A stretch of 64,000 nt of DNA. Source: Azolla caroliniana (taxonomy: Eukaryota; Plantae; Polypodiophyta). Positions within the stretch are counted from its first letter, which is position 1; the number at the start of each line of letters is the position of its first letter. The translations under genes and the position numbers were made by a program. The notes under the pieces were generated by a model, which worked only from the letters and a program-made list of their open reading frames with translations, was not told the DNA's origin and did no database searches. The DNA is taken from positions 4,836,001-4,900,000 of the forward strand of contig JBHGNT010000008.1 of NCBI GenBank assembly GCA_043228905.1. The letters are read 5' to 3'. Below, in pieces: positions 24,210 to 37,141 of the stretch.

Positions 24210-27200
24210 TTTAATTAGTATGTTAATCCCCCTCCCTTTAAGCCTATCTTTTAATTTTAATTTCTTTCTAATTACCCCACCCTTTAATTTATTTTTAGGT
24301 TCATGTTTCTAGATTTAGATTTCATGTTTGTTAGTTTTCGGGTTATGTTTTTTGTTTTAGTGTTTATGTTTCTAATCTTAGTGTTTTAAACCCCCACCCC
24401 TCTTCCTTTTTGTTATTCCTAATCATGCCGGCTCCCTCTCCTTTCTTCTACCTCGTCTTCGATTCGGGTGCGCTCAAATCGAGCGTGGTGTTCCTCTTCG
24501 TCTACCTCTACCCGCCGATAATCGACCATTCCGCACTCCTTGTTCCGACCGTAAGGTCCATAAACTTAAAAAGGGCCACAGAGAAAGTGAGTGCTGGAGA
24601 AAACGCACCCATTCGAACAAATCCGGATCTGGCAAGGCCGGCAAGGATGGCCGGCAAAGCTCGCACTACGTGAAGGGATCGGGAGGATCCAAAAACGGTA
24701 ACGGGCCAGCCTTGGTGATGAAGCACGAGGCGAACTCCATGAAGAAGACCACTTCCAAATCGGAGGAAGTGTGGTATGTTGATTACGGTGCGTCAAACCA
24801 CATGACGAGCCACAAAGAGTGGTTTTCCTTTTTGGAGAAACCGAATCAACCAAGAGTAGTCGAAACCGGAGACGACACTCCTCACCCAATCGTGCACGTC
24901 GGAGAAGTCCCTTTGAGCCACGTCAGACAAAAGGGGAAGCTGATGAACGTATTACACGTTCTGACAATCACGAAGAACCTGGTGTCAGTCGGACAGATCG
25001 TCGACCAAGGGATGCAGGTGCGGTTTACGCACCTCAGGTGCTTCATCGAGGAAGAGGGCCAGATTATTGCGCAAGGGCGCAGAGACGAGAGGATGTTTAT
25101 CCTCGACACCAATGACGTCGGCACCGCTCTGTTTGCAAAAGGATAGAAGGTCGAATCGGACATCAACCTGTGGCACAAGCGGATAGGCCACGTCAATTAC
25201 CGGAGGTTTCAAGACCTGCAAACAAAACAAGTTGTTTTCGGTTTGCCGAAGTTCAGCGGCAGGAAGGCCCAAGTATGTGAAGCTTGCCAACTCAGGAAGC
25301 AACACCGGCTTCCATTCCCTACCGAACGTAACCAGAGCCATAACAAGCTCGACCTTATCCATTCGGATGTGTGGGGACCGGCACAGAATGTTAGTCTTGG
25401 AGGGAGTCGATATTTCGTCTCCTTCATTGACAATTATATGCGGCACACATGGATCTACCTCATTGAGCGGAAGAGTGAAGTCTTCGAGTGTTTCCGGAGT
25501 CTCCAAAGCATGGTGGAATGGGAATCGGAGAGGAAGATCAAATGCCTGCGGTCGGATGGCAGAAAAGAATACTTTTCCGGCCAATTCAATAGTTATCTGT
25601 AGCAAAAGGGAATTCGGCGAGAGTTCAGCTGCAGATACACACCGCAACAGAACGGTGTTGCCGAAAGGAAGAACCGGTCGCTTATTGATGCAGCAAGGGC
25701 AATGCTGGAGGAGAAGAGCATGCCCAAATTCTATTGGGCGGAAGCAATCCGAACGGCTGTCTACATCCAGAACTGGATCGGTGACAAGGTGTCAGCTCAC
25801 GAGCTGTATTTCGAGCGCAAGCCGAATTTGAGACACCTTAAGATCTTCGGTAGCATTGCATATGTGCATGTACCGGATGAGAAGCGGAGGAAGCTGTATG
25901 CAAAATCGGAAAAATGCATCCTAATCGGCTATGCTCAAGAGCAAAAGGGTTATAAGTGTTATAACCCCTGGACAAAGCAGGTCTGAGTTAGTCGAGATGT
26001 CGAGTTCGATGAATCGGGATCGTGGTACTCCTTACCAGCTCCGACTTCTAAATCTGACCCGATGCCGGAGGATGAGGCTAGTGAGCCTGAACCGGCCCAG
26101 GTAGATCATGATGAAGCATGAACTCAGGATGAGAGTCCAGAATCGTTTCGGTTGAGCGGGCCGAACGAGAGACTGAGTCAATCTGACCAGTCCGATGAGG
26201 AACCGACAAGTGTTGGAGACTCTGTCGTGCTCTCCCCGCGCAAGGAACCGAGGAGACGGTTCACGCGCAAAGAGAAAGGGAAGAAAAAGATGCCGGAATT
26301 CGAAACCGGCAACGATGAGTCGGATCGGTGTGCATCCGACTCCAGCAACGAGAAAGGCAGATCTTCGGCAAAGAAGACCGAACCGGCCAAGAAGGGCCTC
26401 AAACCGGGTGACGATGAGTTACGCCGGTCCACCCACCAGAAGGATCCCGTCAAGCGGTATGGGTACAATGAGTACATGGTGCATCACTATGCGTACATGA
26501 CTAAGGTGGCAGAAGTGCGTGAGCCGGAGAGCTACGCAGAAGCGGCAAAGGACGCAAATTGGCGTGCCACTATGGAGGAAGAAATGCGGGCACTTGATGT
26601 CAATGAGACATGGGAACTAGTTGACCCTCCCCGTCATTGTAAACCAATCGGATGCAAGTGGGTGTACAAGGTAAAGTACAACGTCGACGGTTCAGTTAAC
26701 AGGTACAAGACCCGGTTAGTGGCAAAGGGATGCGTGCAGACCCACGGAATCGACTACGATGAGACCTTCGCTCCGGTAGCGAAGATGACGACGGTTCGTG
26801 TGGTGCTGGTGGTTGCTACAGCAAGGGGGTGGCATCTTCACCAGATGGATGTGAAGAATGCGTTTCTTCAAGGTGATCTTGAAAAAGAAGTCTTTATGAC
26901 TCAGCCCCCCAAATTTCAATCAGAGATGAACAAGTCGGTGGTATGCCGGCTGAAGAAGTCGTTGTACGGCCTGAAGCAAGCCCCTCGAGGTTGGAATGCA
27001 AAGATCACGCGCCGGTTGCGTAAGATGGGGTTTGCGGCCTCCAAGCCCGACTCTTCGCTGTTCATCCGGCAAGGCTCAGCTGGTCCGGTATGTATCCTGT
27101 TGTATGTTGATGATTTAGTCCTCACCGGACTGAGTCTTCCAGAAGTCAACCGCGTCAAGTCCCAGTTGTCGAACGCATTTGAGATGAAGGACCTGGGGGA

Positions 27201-30200
27201 CCTTCATTATTTTCTTGGGATCGAGGTGATCCGACCCCCCGATGGCATATTTCTCTCACAATGACATTACGTCTTGAATATGCTATACAAGTTCAGTATG
27301 ACAGAATGTCAACCTGTCTCCACACCCTTGGACCGGAACCAGAAGCTTTGTCACAACTCCGGACCGGTCTGCAACAAGAAACGGTTCCGACAAATTGTCG
27401 GAAGCCTTATTTACTTGACTATCACGCGACCCTATCCGGTCGGAATGATAAGTCAGCTCATGCCGAAGCCGACTGTGGAGCACCTTCAGTGCGTGCAACG
27501 GATACTGCGATATGTAAGCGGCACGAAGGACCAGGGACTGTTATACCGGCGAGGTATAACCAAAGAGCTAGTCGGTTACACAGATGCCGACTAGGCCGGC
27601 GATGCGTCGGATCGCAGATCCACTTCCAGTTTTATGTTTTCCCTTGTGAGCACAGCTGTTGCGTGGAGCAGCAAAAAGCAGCCAACAGTGGCTCTGTCAA
27701 GCACTGAGGCTGAGTACCGGGGCGCGACCGTTGCCACCTGCGAAGCCATTTGACTTCGGCGACTACAGCGAGACTTGCAGATCGAGGTACCAACCCCGAT
27801 CCCGATTTATTGTGATAACATCAGCAGCATGCAGCTCGCCAAGAACCCTGTGTTCCATGCTCGCACGAAGCACATAGAAGTGCATTATCACTTTATGCAT
27901 GAGCGGGTCCTGAGTGGTGAAGTTGAACTACGATATGTTCACACGGATCGGCAAGTTGCCAACATCTTCACCAAGCCGCTCGGATCAGACAAGTTGCAGC
28001 ACTTTACCGACATGCTTGGTGTTCAGCATCTCGACGTGCCGCACTTGAGGGGGAGAAGAAGGGGCAAAGACACCGCGGGAACGTGCAAAGGCAAAAAAAT
28101 TGTTGCCAACACCGGTAAGGGAAGAACCGGAAGAGGGGGAGACAAGGAGGAAAAAGAAGCCGAGTCGATGAAGAAGGTCAGCACATCCAAACAAGTCGGA
28201 ACGAGCGGCAATGGTGGCAAGGTCAAGGAGGACCGAGCCAACCGGAAAGAAGAAGTGTGCACGCAGGAAGAAAAGTGCACACTATGCGGAGTTAATCATC
28301 ATCATCATGACGGCAGTGACCGAGATACGGAGTCGAATGAAGAGTTCGACTTCGGTGAACCGACTGAAGAAGCCGAGGATGGAAGCAAGGCCAAGACCTG
28401 GACATGGTCTGATGTGGTGAAGGGCCTTAAACCAAAAGACGAGTCGGAGGATACCGACTCGAACAAGAGCTGGAACAATCGAAGACAGCTGATTCGGATC
28501 AACAAACGGATCCGGATGAACCGAATCAACTAGAGGCCAAGCAGACACGGATGCAGCAGAAGTTGATGCCATCGCGGAGGAACCGACGGATCGGCAAGCA
28601 CCGGAGTCAGCCAGAGTCATAGCAGCGAAAAAGCTAAGAGGGGCCTATTGAGCAGACATGCCGACCGAGAAGGTCGAGGCGCGCAAAACCAGAAGGGTCA
28701 CGGCAAACCGGACCGGACCGGACGAGGAACACGAGCAAGGCGGAGTGACGCCAGGAGAAGTCGGTTGGAAGAACCGACTGCCACAGAGGCTGACACTAGG
28801 ATCCAACCTCAAGTTGAGCTTGAGGGGGAGTGTTGAGCGGCAAGCGCAACTGGAGCCGGATCGGCTGGATAAGCCTGAGCCGGTGAGCGAGACAGATCGG
28901 TAAGCCGGTGAGCAACCGAGCCGGCAAGCAACAGAGCCGGTGAGTTGGGGAGCCGATTACCCGGATCCAATCGGTAACCGAAAGCCTAGTATTAGTTTAG
29001 ACTACTAGGCAGTTATAGTCTCATAGAAAGTGTCAGATGCTCGTGTGAGCATTGAAGTACGCAGTACTTTTGTCAGTCCCACGAGGACTTGTATAAATAG
29101 TGCTACTGAGCATAGTTGTAAGAACAGAGTGTTTATATTGTTTTGAATATAGCTTTTACGTTCTGCTCTCTCTACTCTCCCGTGTACTATGTGTATTCTC
29201 TATTTTCTCTGTTTTCTAACGCTTCCGCAAGTAATCGTTTACAGTTACTATACAAGGAGGTGGGGTGGTCACACACTTGAGTATCCTAGAGTGTGATCCC
29301 AACACACCCCTTTAAACACAACTTCCGGTCGTCGGATGGTTGGTTTGGTTTCGAATTAGTCTTCGGGTCAACTTTGAGTCGACTATGGCTTCGGTTTCGA
29401 ATAGCCGGTTCACTCTTGCCGCTCCTCGCTCCCCCTTAAGCTCGGTTGGGTGACGGTGGAAAGACCTAGGTTCGTCGTGAACTATCGCAACTTGTTGAAT
29501 CTGAGTGCCTTCATGAAGATATCGGCCATTTACAGGGTCGTACTTGTGTTGTAGGTCGATAACTCTGGCCAGGAAAATTCTCGGATGAAATGGTAGTGAA
29601 TTTCAATGTGCTTAGTCCGAGCGTGGAAGACTGGGTTCCGAGCGAGGTGAATACTGCTCATGTTGTTGCAGTAAAGGAGAATCAGATCCTTGATGGGAAC
29701 GCCCAGATCCTTTAAGATTCTCTTGAGCCAAACGGCTTCACATGTGGAGACTGGTGTGCCCCTGTATTCGGCTTCAGTGCTCGACAGTACGACTATCGGC
29801 TGCTTTTTACTACTCTGGGAGATGGCTCCGATGCTAAGGGAGAAGACGAACCCTGAGGTTGATCATCTGTCGGCTTTGTAGTTGGTCTAGTCGGCATCTG
29901 TGTACCCTTCGAGTCGTATTGGTGTGGCCGATTTGTACAAGATGCCAAAATCCATGGTTCCACTCACATACCTTAGCACTCGCGTAGCACAATTGAGATG
30001 GATGTCTTGCGGAGTTTGCATGAATTGACTAAGGAGGCCGGCCGGGTAACTAAGGTCAGGTCGGGTAATTCTGTGGTAGATGAGCCTTCCGACTAGCTGA
30101 CCATAGAGCGTTAGCTCACACTCTCTTGTGCCAGAGTCAACATCTAGCTTTAGATTTCGATCGAGAGGGGTAGTAACGGGCTTACACTGTGTCATCCCAA

Positions 30201-30527
30201 ACTTATAAAGAAGATTGAGGATATAGTGCCTTTGAGAAAGCATGATGCCTTCCGGAGTTTGAATTTCTTCTATTCCTAAAAAATAATGAAGCTCCTTCAT
30301 GTCTTTCATTTTGAATTGGCTGGAGAGTATCCTTTTGGTATGTTCGATGTCCCCGAGGTGCTCTCCTCTAATGACCAGATCCTCCACATAAATTATGATC
30401 AATAACTATCCTCTAGAGTCATTCAGGATCAATAGAGAATTGACAAACTTGGACATTCGAAAGCCGATTTGGTGACGATATTGTGTTATCTTCGAATGTC
30501 ATGCTCTCGGTGCCTGCTTGAGACCGT

Positions 30528-33500
30528 TGTCCTGCCTTTCGGCTCCGAATCGTTGCGTGAGTCGGGTGGGACCCACTAAGGTTTTGGACTAGGAGAAAGA
30601 AGAATATGAGATAAGGCTAGTAATGAATAGGTAGAAAGAGAGGTAAGTTATGAATCTCGTGAATCCCACGAGTTTAGTGTATTTAATCTATATTTAGATA
30701 GTAAGAAACAAATTTGATGACAAATTTGTGAATCCCACGAATATATTATATTGGTCAATCCTTACAAAATATCCACCCCATATACATCTTTCCCTCCTCC
30801 TTATATAAGGATGGGAGAGACTAAGCATAGCTTCCTTCTTTTTCTAAAGTGTTCATGCACACAAAATGTGCATGAGTTGCCTTTTCCACTGTGCTTTTAT
30901 TTCCTAAATATCGTGCTCATGCAAGCTAGATGTGCACGAGTATTTTTTTATTGGTTTATATTTTTCTTGTAAATAAAGTATTCACGCACTCTAAAAATGC
31001 ATGATTTACCTTTTAATAAAGGTAGGCATAAATAAAAGCCTTATACCTATTAAATCTATATTTATAACACTTATGATAAGTTAATGCAATGGTAAAGTTC
31101 TGGTTTATTTACATGGAGGTGCTTACCGTTGCTTCTTCTTTGCGGAGCGCATCCGGCCCCATTTTCGCAATGATCTCGTACATCTCGACCGATTCCACCG
31201 GAACTACCTGGTCTCCCTAGCTATTTTCTTTCGCAAGCTCTTCAAGTCATCGTAGCGTGCTCCCATAGAACACTTCTTCGACTACTCCCACAATTTTTTC
31301 GTCTTCTTTTATTGTTGATGTCGACCGTAACTTATCCTCTACTTTTCGGTATTCTTTCTTCATTCCTCCGGTTACGGTCGTCTACGTAGATGCTCCATCC
31401 GGACCGATTCGTACTTGTTTTTCTCCGAGAGTTTTCTTCCTATGTGGGGTATCGGGGCTTCTTGGACTATCACTTCCCCACTCCGCAACAGTCCGCTCTA
31501 AAAATCCATCTTTGTTTGGGACAAGAGCTCCCTCTTGTTCCTTTCATGATTCGCAGGCACAGCTAGGAATTGGACAGATTTCCCTCCGCTTTGACTCTGA
31601 ATTCGTGCGAAAGCCACACCGCTATCGAGAACCTTCGTCTCCATCCGTGATGCCATGATAAAGAGTTTTCCGAGGATCACGGAGTGTGAGACCTCATCTT
31701 GCACAAAGAAATTGTAAACGTAAGTGTTTGCGAAAGCGTAAAACAGAGAACAACAGAGAAAGAGAGAGAGAGAGACAGTGAGAGAGACAGAGAGAGCAGA
31801 ACGTAATTTCAAAATTATATCAAGACTCTGCTATTACACACTATGCTAAGTAGCACTAATTATACAAGTCCTCTTGGGACTGACAGAAGTACTATGTACT
31901 TCAATGCTCACACGAGCATCTGACACTTACTACGAGACTATAGATACCTAGTGGTCTATCCTATTCTAGGCTTCCGATTGGACTACCGGTTACGGATTGT
32001 ACCCGGCCTCCACTGCTTGCCGGTTCGGTTGCTCACCGACATACCGATCCGTTTCGCCCTATCCGTCTCGCTTACCGGCTCCGGCTTATTCAGCCGATCC
32101 GGCTCCGGTTGAGCTTGCCGCTCAACACTCCCCCTCAAGCTCAACCTGAGGTGGGGTCATAGTATCGACCTCTGTGGCAGTCGGTTCTTTCAACCGACTT
32201 CTCCTGCCGTCACTACGCCTTGCTCGCACTCCTTGTCTGGTCCGGTCCCGTTTGCTGCGACCCCTTTGGTTCTGCGCGCCTCGACCCTCTCGGTCGGCAT
32301 GTCTGCTCAATAGGCCCATCTCAGCAGTCACGTTGTTGTGACTTTGGCGCTTGCCGATCCGTCAATTCTCCCACGATGGCATTGACTTCCACTGTATCCG
32401 TGTCCCCTTCGCCTTTAGTCGATCCGACTCATCCGGATCCATCTGTTGATCCGAGTCAGTTGTCTCTGACTCGTTCCAGCTCTTGTCCGAATCGGTACAC
32501 TCCCATTCGACGTCCAGCTTCAGGCCTCTCACCACATCGGACCACTTCCGTGTCTTGGCCTTCTCCATGCTTCCCTCGGCTTCTTCAGCCGGTGAACCGA
32601 AATCAAATTCTTCATTCGACTCCGCATCATGGTAAGTACCGTCGTGATGACCTCCGCACAGCATGCACTTTTCTTCCTGAGTGCACAACTCTTCTTCACA
32701 ACCGCTTGCTCCGACCTGTTCGGATGTGTCGACTTCCTTCGCCGACTCGGCTTCCTTTATCTTCTTGTCTCCTCTTCTTCCGGCTCTCCTCTTACCGACG
32801 GGTTCAACAGTTTGTTGGCCTTTGCCCGTTTCGGTAGAGACTTTGCCCTTGCTTCTCCCCCTCAAGTGCGGCACGTCGAGATGCTGAACACCAAGCATGT
32901 CGGTAAAGTGCTGCAACTTGTCCGATCCGAGCGGCTTGGTGAAGACGTCGGCAACTTGCCGATCCGTATGAACATACCGTAGGCCAACTTCACCGCTCAG
33001 GACCCGCTCACGCACGAAGTGGTAGTGCACCTCGATGTGCTTTGTGCGAGCATGGAACACGGGGTTCCTGGCGAGCTGCAGGCTGCTCATGTTATCGCAG
33101 TAAATCGGGATCGGGGTCGGTACCTCGATCCGCAAGTCTCGCAGCAGTCGCCGAAGCCAGATGGCTTCACAAGTGGCAACGATAGCGGCCCGGTACTCAG
33201 CCTCAGTGCTTGACAAAGCCACTCTGGGTTGCTTCTTGCTGCTCCACGCAACGGTCCCGCTACCTATGGAGAACATGTATCCGGAAGTGGAGCGGCGATC
33301 AGACGCATCGTCGGCCCAGTCAGCATCTGTGTAACCGACAAGCTCTTCCGGTATACCTCGCCGGTATAGCAGTCCCCGGTCCTTAGTGCCGCTGACATAC
33401 CATATTATTCGTTGCGCGCACTGAAGGTGCTCCACGGTCGGCTTCTGCATGAACTGACTTACCATCCCGACCGGATATCTGATGTTGGGTCGGATGATGG

Positions 33501-36500
33501 TTAAGTAGATCAGGCTTCCGACAACCTGTCAGAACCGTTTCTCATTGCAGGCCGGTTCGGAGTTGGGACGGAGTTTCTGGTTCTGATCCAGGGGTGTGGA
33601 GACAGGTCGGTAATCCGACATGCCGAACTTATATAGCATATTCAACACGTAATGTCGTTGTGAGAGCAATATGCCGTCGGGGGTCCGGATGACTTCGATC
33701 CCAAGAAAATAATGGAGGTCCCCCAGGTCCTTCATTTCGAATGCGTCCGACAACTACGACTTGACGCGGTTGATTTCGGGAAGACCCGGTCCGGTGATGA
33801 CTAAATCAACCACATACAAGAGTATACATACCGGACCGTCAGAGCCTTGCCGGATGAACAACGAAGAGTCCGACTTAGAGACAACAAACCCCAGCTTACG
33901 CAACCGGTGCGTGATCTTCGCGTTCCAAACTCGGGGGGCTTGCTTCAAGCCGTAAAGCGACTTCTTCAGTCGGCATACCGCCGACATGTTCATCTCCGAT
34001 TGAAATCGAGGGGGCTGAGTCATAAAGACTTCTTCTTCAAGCTCTCCTTGAAGGAAGGCGTTCTTTACATCCATCTGGTGAAGATGCCACCCCCTTGTCG
34101 CAGCAACCGCCAGTACCACACAAACCGTCGTCATCTTCGCCACAGGAACAAAGGTCTCGTCGTAGTCGATTCCGTGGGTCTGCGCGTATCCCTTCGCCAC
34201 TAACCGGGCTTTGTACCGGTTAACAGAACCGTCGGCGTTGTACTTGACCTTGTACACCCACTTGCATCCGATCGGTTTACAGTGACACGGAGGATCAACT
34301 AGGTCCCAAGTTTCGTTGGCATCGTGTGCCCGCATTTCTTCGTCCATAGCGGCACGCCAATTTACGTCCTTTCCCGCTTTAGCGTAGCTCTCCGGCTCGC
34401 GCACTTCTGTCACCTTAGTCATGTATGCATAATGATGCGCCATGTATTCATTGTACCCGTACTGCACGACGGATCCTTCTGACGGGTTGATCGGTGCAAC
34501 GCACCGTCACCTGATTTGAGGCCCTTCTTGGCCAGTTCGGTCTTCGTTGCCGAAGATCTGCCTTTCTCCTTTCCGGAGTCGGATACACACCGATCCGACT
34601 CATCGTTGCCGGTTTCGAATTCCGGCATCTTCCTCTTCCCCTTCTCTTTGCGCATGAACCGTTTCCTTGATTCCTTGCACGGGGAGAGCACGGCATAGTC
34701 TCCACCACTTGCCGTCTCTTCATCTGACTGGTCCAACCGACTCAGTCGCTCGTTCGGTCCACTCAACCGCAACGATTCCGGACTCTCATCTTGAGTCCCG
34801 GCTTCATCATTCTCTTCCAAGGCTGATTCAGGCTCACTGGCCTGATCTTCCAGCATTGGGTCGGGATCGGAAGTCGAAGTCGGTACGGAGTACCAGGATG
34901 CCGATTCATCGAACTCGACATCCCGGCTAACTCGGACTTCCTTCATCCGGGGGTTATAGCACTTATACCCCTTTTGCTCTTGAGCATAGCCGACTAGGAT
35001 GCATTTTTCCGATTTTGCATCCAGCTTCCTCCGCTTCTGATCGAGCACATGCACATACGCTATGCTGCCGAATATCCGAAGGTGTCTTAAGTTCGGCTTG
35101 CGCCCGAAATATAGCTCATGAGCTGACACCTTGTCACCAATGCGGTTTTGTATGTAGACGGCCGTCTGGACCGCCTCCGCCCAGTAGAACCGGGGCATGC
35201 TCTTCTCCTCCAGCATTGTCCTTGCCGCTTCGACGAGTGTCCGGTTCCACCATCTTCTGGAGGCTCCGGAAACATTCGAAGACTTCGCTCTTCCGCTCAA
35301 TGAGGTAGAGCCAAGTATGTCGCGTATAGTCGTCGATGAAGGAGACGAAGTACCGGCTCCCGCCAAGGCTTACACTTTGTGCCGGTCCCCACACATCCGA
35401 ATGGATGAGATCGAGCTTGTTACGGCTCCGGTTCCTTTCGGTGGGGAATGGAAGCCGGTGTTGCTTCCCAAATTGGCAGGCTTCACAAATTTCGGCTCTC
35501 CGGCCGCTGAACTTTGGCAAACCGAAAACGACTTGTTTCGTTTCCAGGTCTTGAAGCCTCCGGTAGTTGACGTGGCCTATCCGCTTGTGCCATAGGTTGA
35601 TGTCCGACTCGACCTTCTGTCGTTTCGCGAACACAGCGGTGCCAATGTCATTGGTGTTGAGGATAAACATCCTCCCGTCTCTGCGCCCTTGCGCAATGAC
35701 TTCGCCCTCATCCTCAATGAAGCACCCGAGGTGCATAAACCGCACCTGCATCCCTTGGTCGACAATTTGACCGACGGACACCAGGTTCTTCGTGATCGTC
35801 GGAACGTGTAATACGTTCATCAGCTTCCCTTTCTGTCCGACGTGGCTTAGAGGGACTTCTCCGACGTGCACGATTGGGTGTGGAGTGTCGTCTCCGGTTT
35901 CGACTACGCCTGGTTGATCCGGTTTCTCCAGAAAAGAGAACCACTCTTTGTGGCTCGTCATGTGGTTCGACGCGCCGAAAACACATCGAGGACCTTCATC
36001 CCCTTGTCCAGCGTTTCCACCCAATCTTCGAATCCTCTCCTCGTTGCCTTGGAGGAGTCCTTGATGGCAAATGTGGTCTTTAGGGCCTCTTCAAATGCTT
36101 CCCATATCGGATTCTTTTGTCGTATCCCGTGGATGCTCCCTTGAAGATCATTGGTTGCCACCTGGTTGAAGGATGTCAATTGTAATCCTTCCGAAATTCC
36201 ACACCGTAGCATTTCCACCTTGTAATCTCACAAATACCGCGACACATCTTTCCCATTGAATTGCCCGTTCTGTTGCACGAGCCGCTCTACTTCCGCCGCA
36301 ATCTCCGACATCACGCATTGTTCTTGTAGCATCTGCTCGAACATCTCCATCATGTTATTAGCCTCTGGTTGAATTTCCATCTCCTTGCCACCCGGTTTCA
36401 CGTCGAGTTCACCACTTGTGTCATGTGTTTCGGCTCTGGATCATTGCATGAGTCGGTTGGGAACCACTAAGGTTTTGGACTAGGAGAAAGAAGAATATGA

Positions 36501-37141
36501 GATAAGGCTAGTAATGAATAGGTAGAAAGAGAGGTAAGTTATGAATCTCGTGAATCCCACGAGTTTAGTGTATTTAATCAATATTTAGATAGTAAGAGAC
36601 AAATTTGATGACAAATTTGTGAATCCCACGAATATATTATATTGGTCAATCCTTACAAAATAATCCACCCCATATACATCTTTCCCTCCTCCTTATATAA
36701 GGATAGGAGAGACTAAGCATAGCTTCCTTCTTTTTCTAAAGTGTTCATGCACACTAAATGTGCATGAGTTGCTTTTTCCACTATGCTTTTATTTCCTAAA
36801 TATCGTGCTCATGCACACTAGATGTGCACAAGTATTTTTTTTATTGGTTTATATTTTTCTTGTAAATAAAGTATTCACGCACTCTAAAAATGCATGATTT
36901 ACCTTTTAATAAAGGTAGGCATAAATAAAAGCCTTATACCTATTAAATCTATATTTATAACACTTATGATAAGTTAATGCAATGGTAAATTTTTGGTTTA
37001 TTTACATGGAGGTACAAGGTTTGAATCTTGCCCTATGCATGTAATAAATATTTTAATATTTTCTTTTATTTATATATATGTACTTAAATCGGATATATTA
37101 TTTTTACATTTTTCATATAGTGTGCAGACTATACTACGACA
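30528..37141 (-). mobile_element. Internally deleted Ty3/gypsy G4
   Basis: 5' LTR at 36419-37141; truncated 3' LTR at 30528 to about 31120; TSD CCGT; PBS-Trp at about 36398-36414; gag at about 35980-36380; protease end and pol N-terminus at 31120-31710. Confidence 0.88.
31713..35978 (-). mobile_element. 5'-truncated Ty1/copia C2 (same family as C1 and C3) nested in G4
   Basis: 3' LTR at 31713-32127 with PPT. Protease, integrase, RT and RNase H ORFs. Deletion junction to gypsy gag at about 35978. Confidence 0.92.

Larger units (their letters stand above)
20516..24568 (+). mobile_element. Head-to-tail multimer (monomer about 2.05 kb) of a non-autonomous hammerhead-containing element, Penelope-like or retrozyme-like
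   Basis: Near-identical units with offsets of about 1445 (20516 to 21961) and 2047 (21961 to 24008). Starts and ends mid-unit, has no TSD, and contains a TATA box plus a hammerhead motif. Confidence 0.75.
19719..29243 (+). mobile_element. Ty1/copia C1 with both LTRs; gag partly replaced by the ribozyme-bearing multimer
   Basis: LTRs at 19719-20132 and 28831-29243; TSD GTTAC; PBS TGGTATCAGAGC (tRNA-iMet); PPT GAGGGGGAG; gag start at about 20225; protease, integrase, RT (YVDD) and RNase H from about 24570 to 28030, with stops. Confidence 0.95.

Noticed and set aside
24882-25831. Long antisense and alternate-frame ORFs over copia pol (also in C2 and C3)
   Set aside because: Expected shadow ORFs of GC-balanced coding sequence.
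35134-36024. 296-aa ORF as a novel gypsy-copia fusion gene
   Set aside because: A deletion junction between nested dead elements; the N-terminus is out-of-frame gypsy gag.
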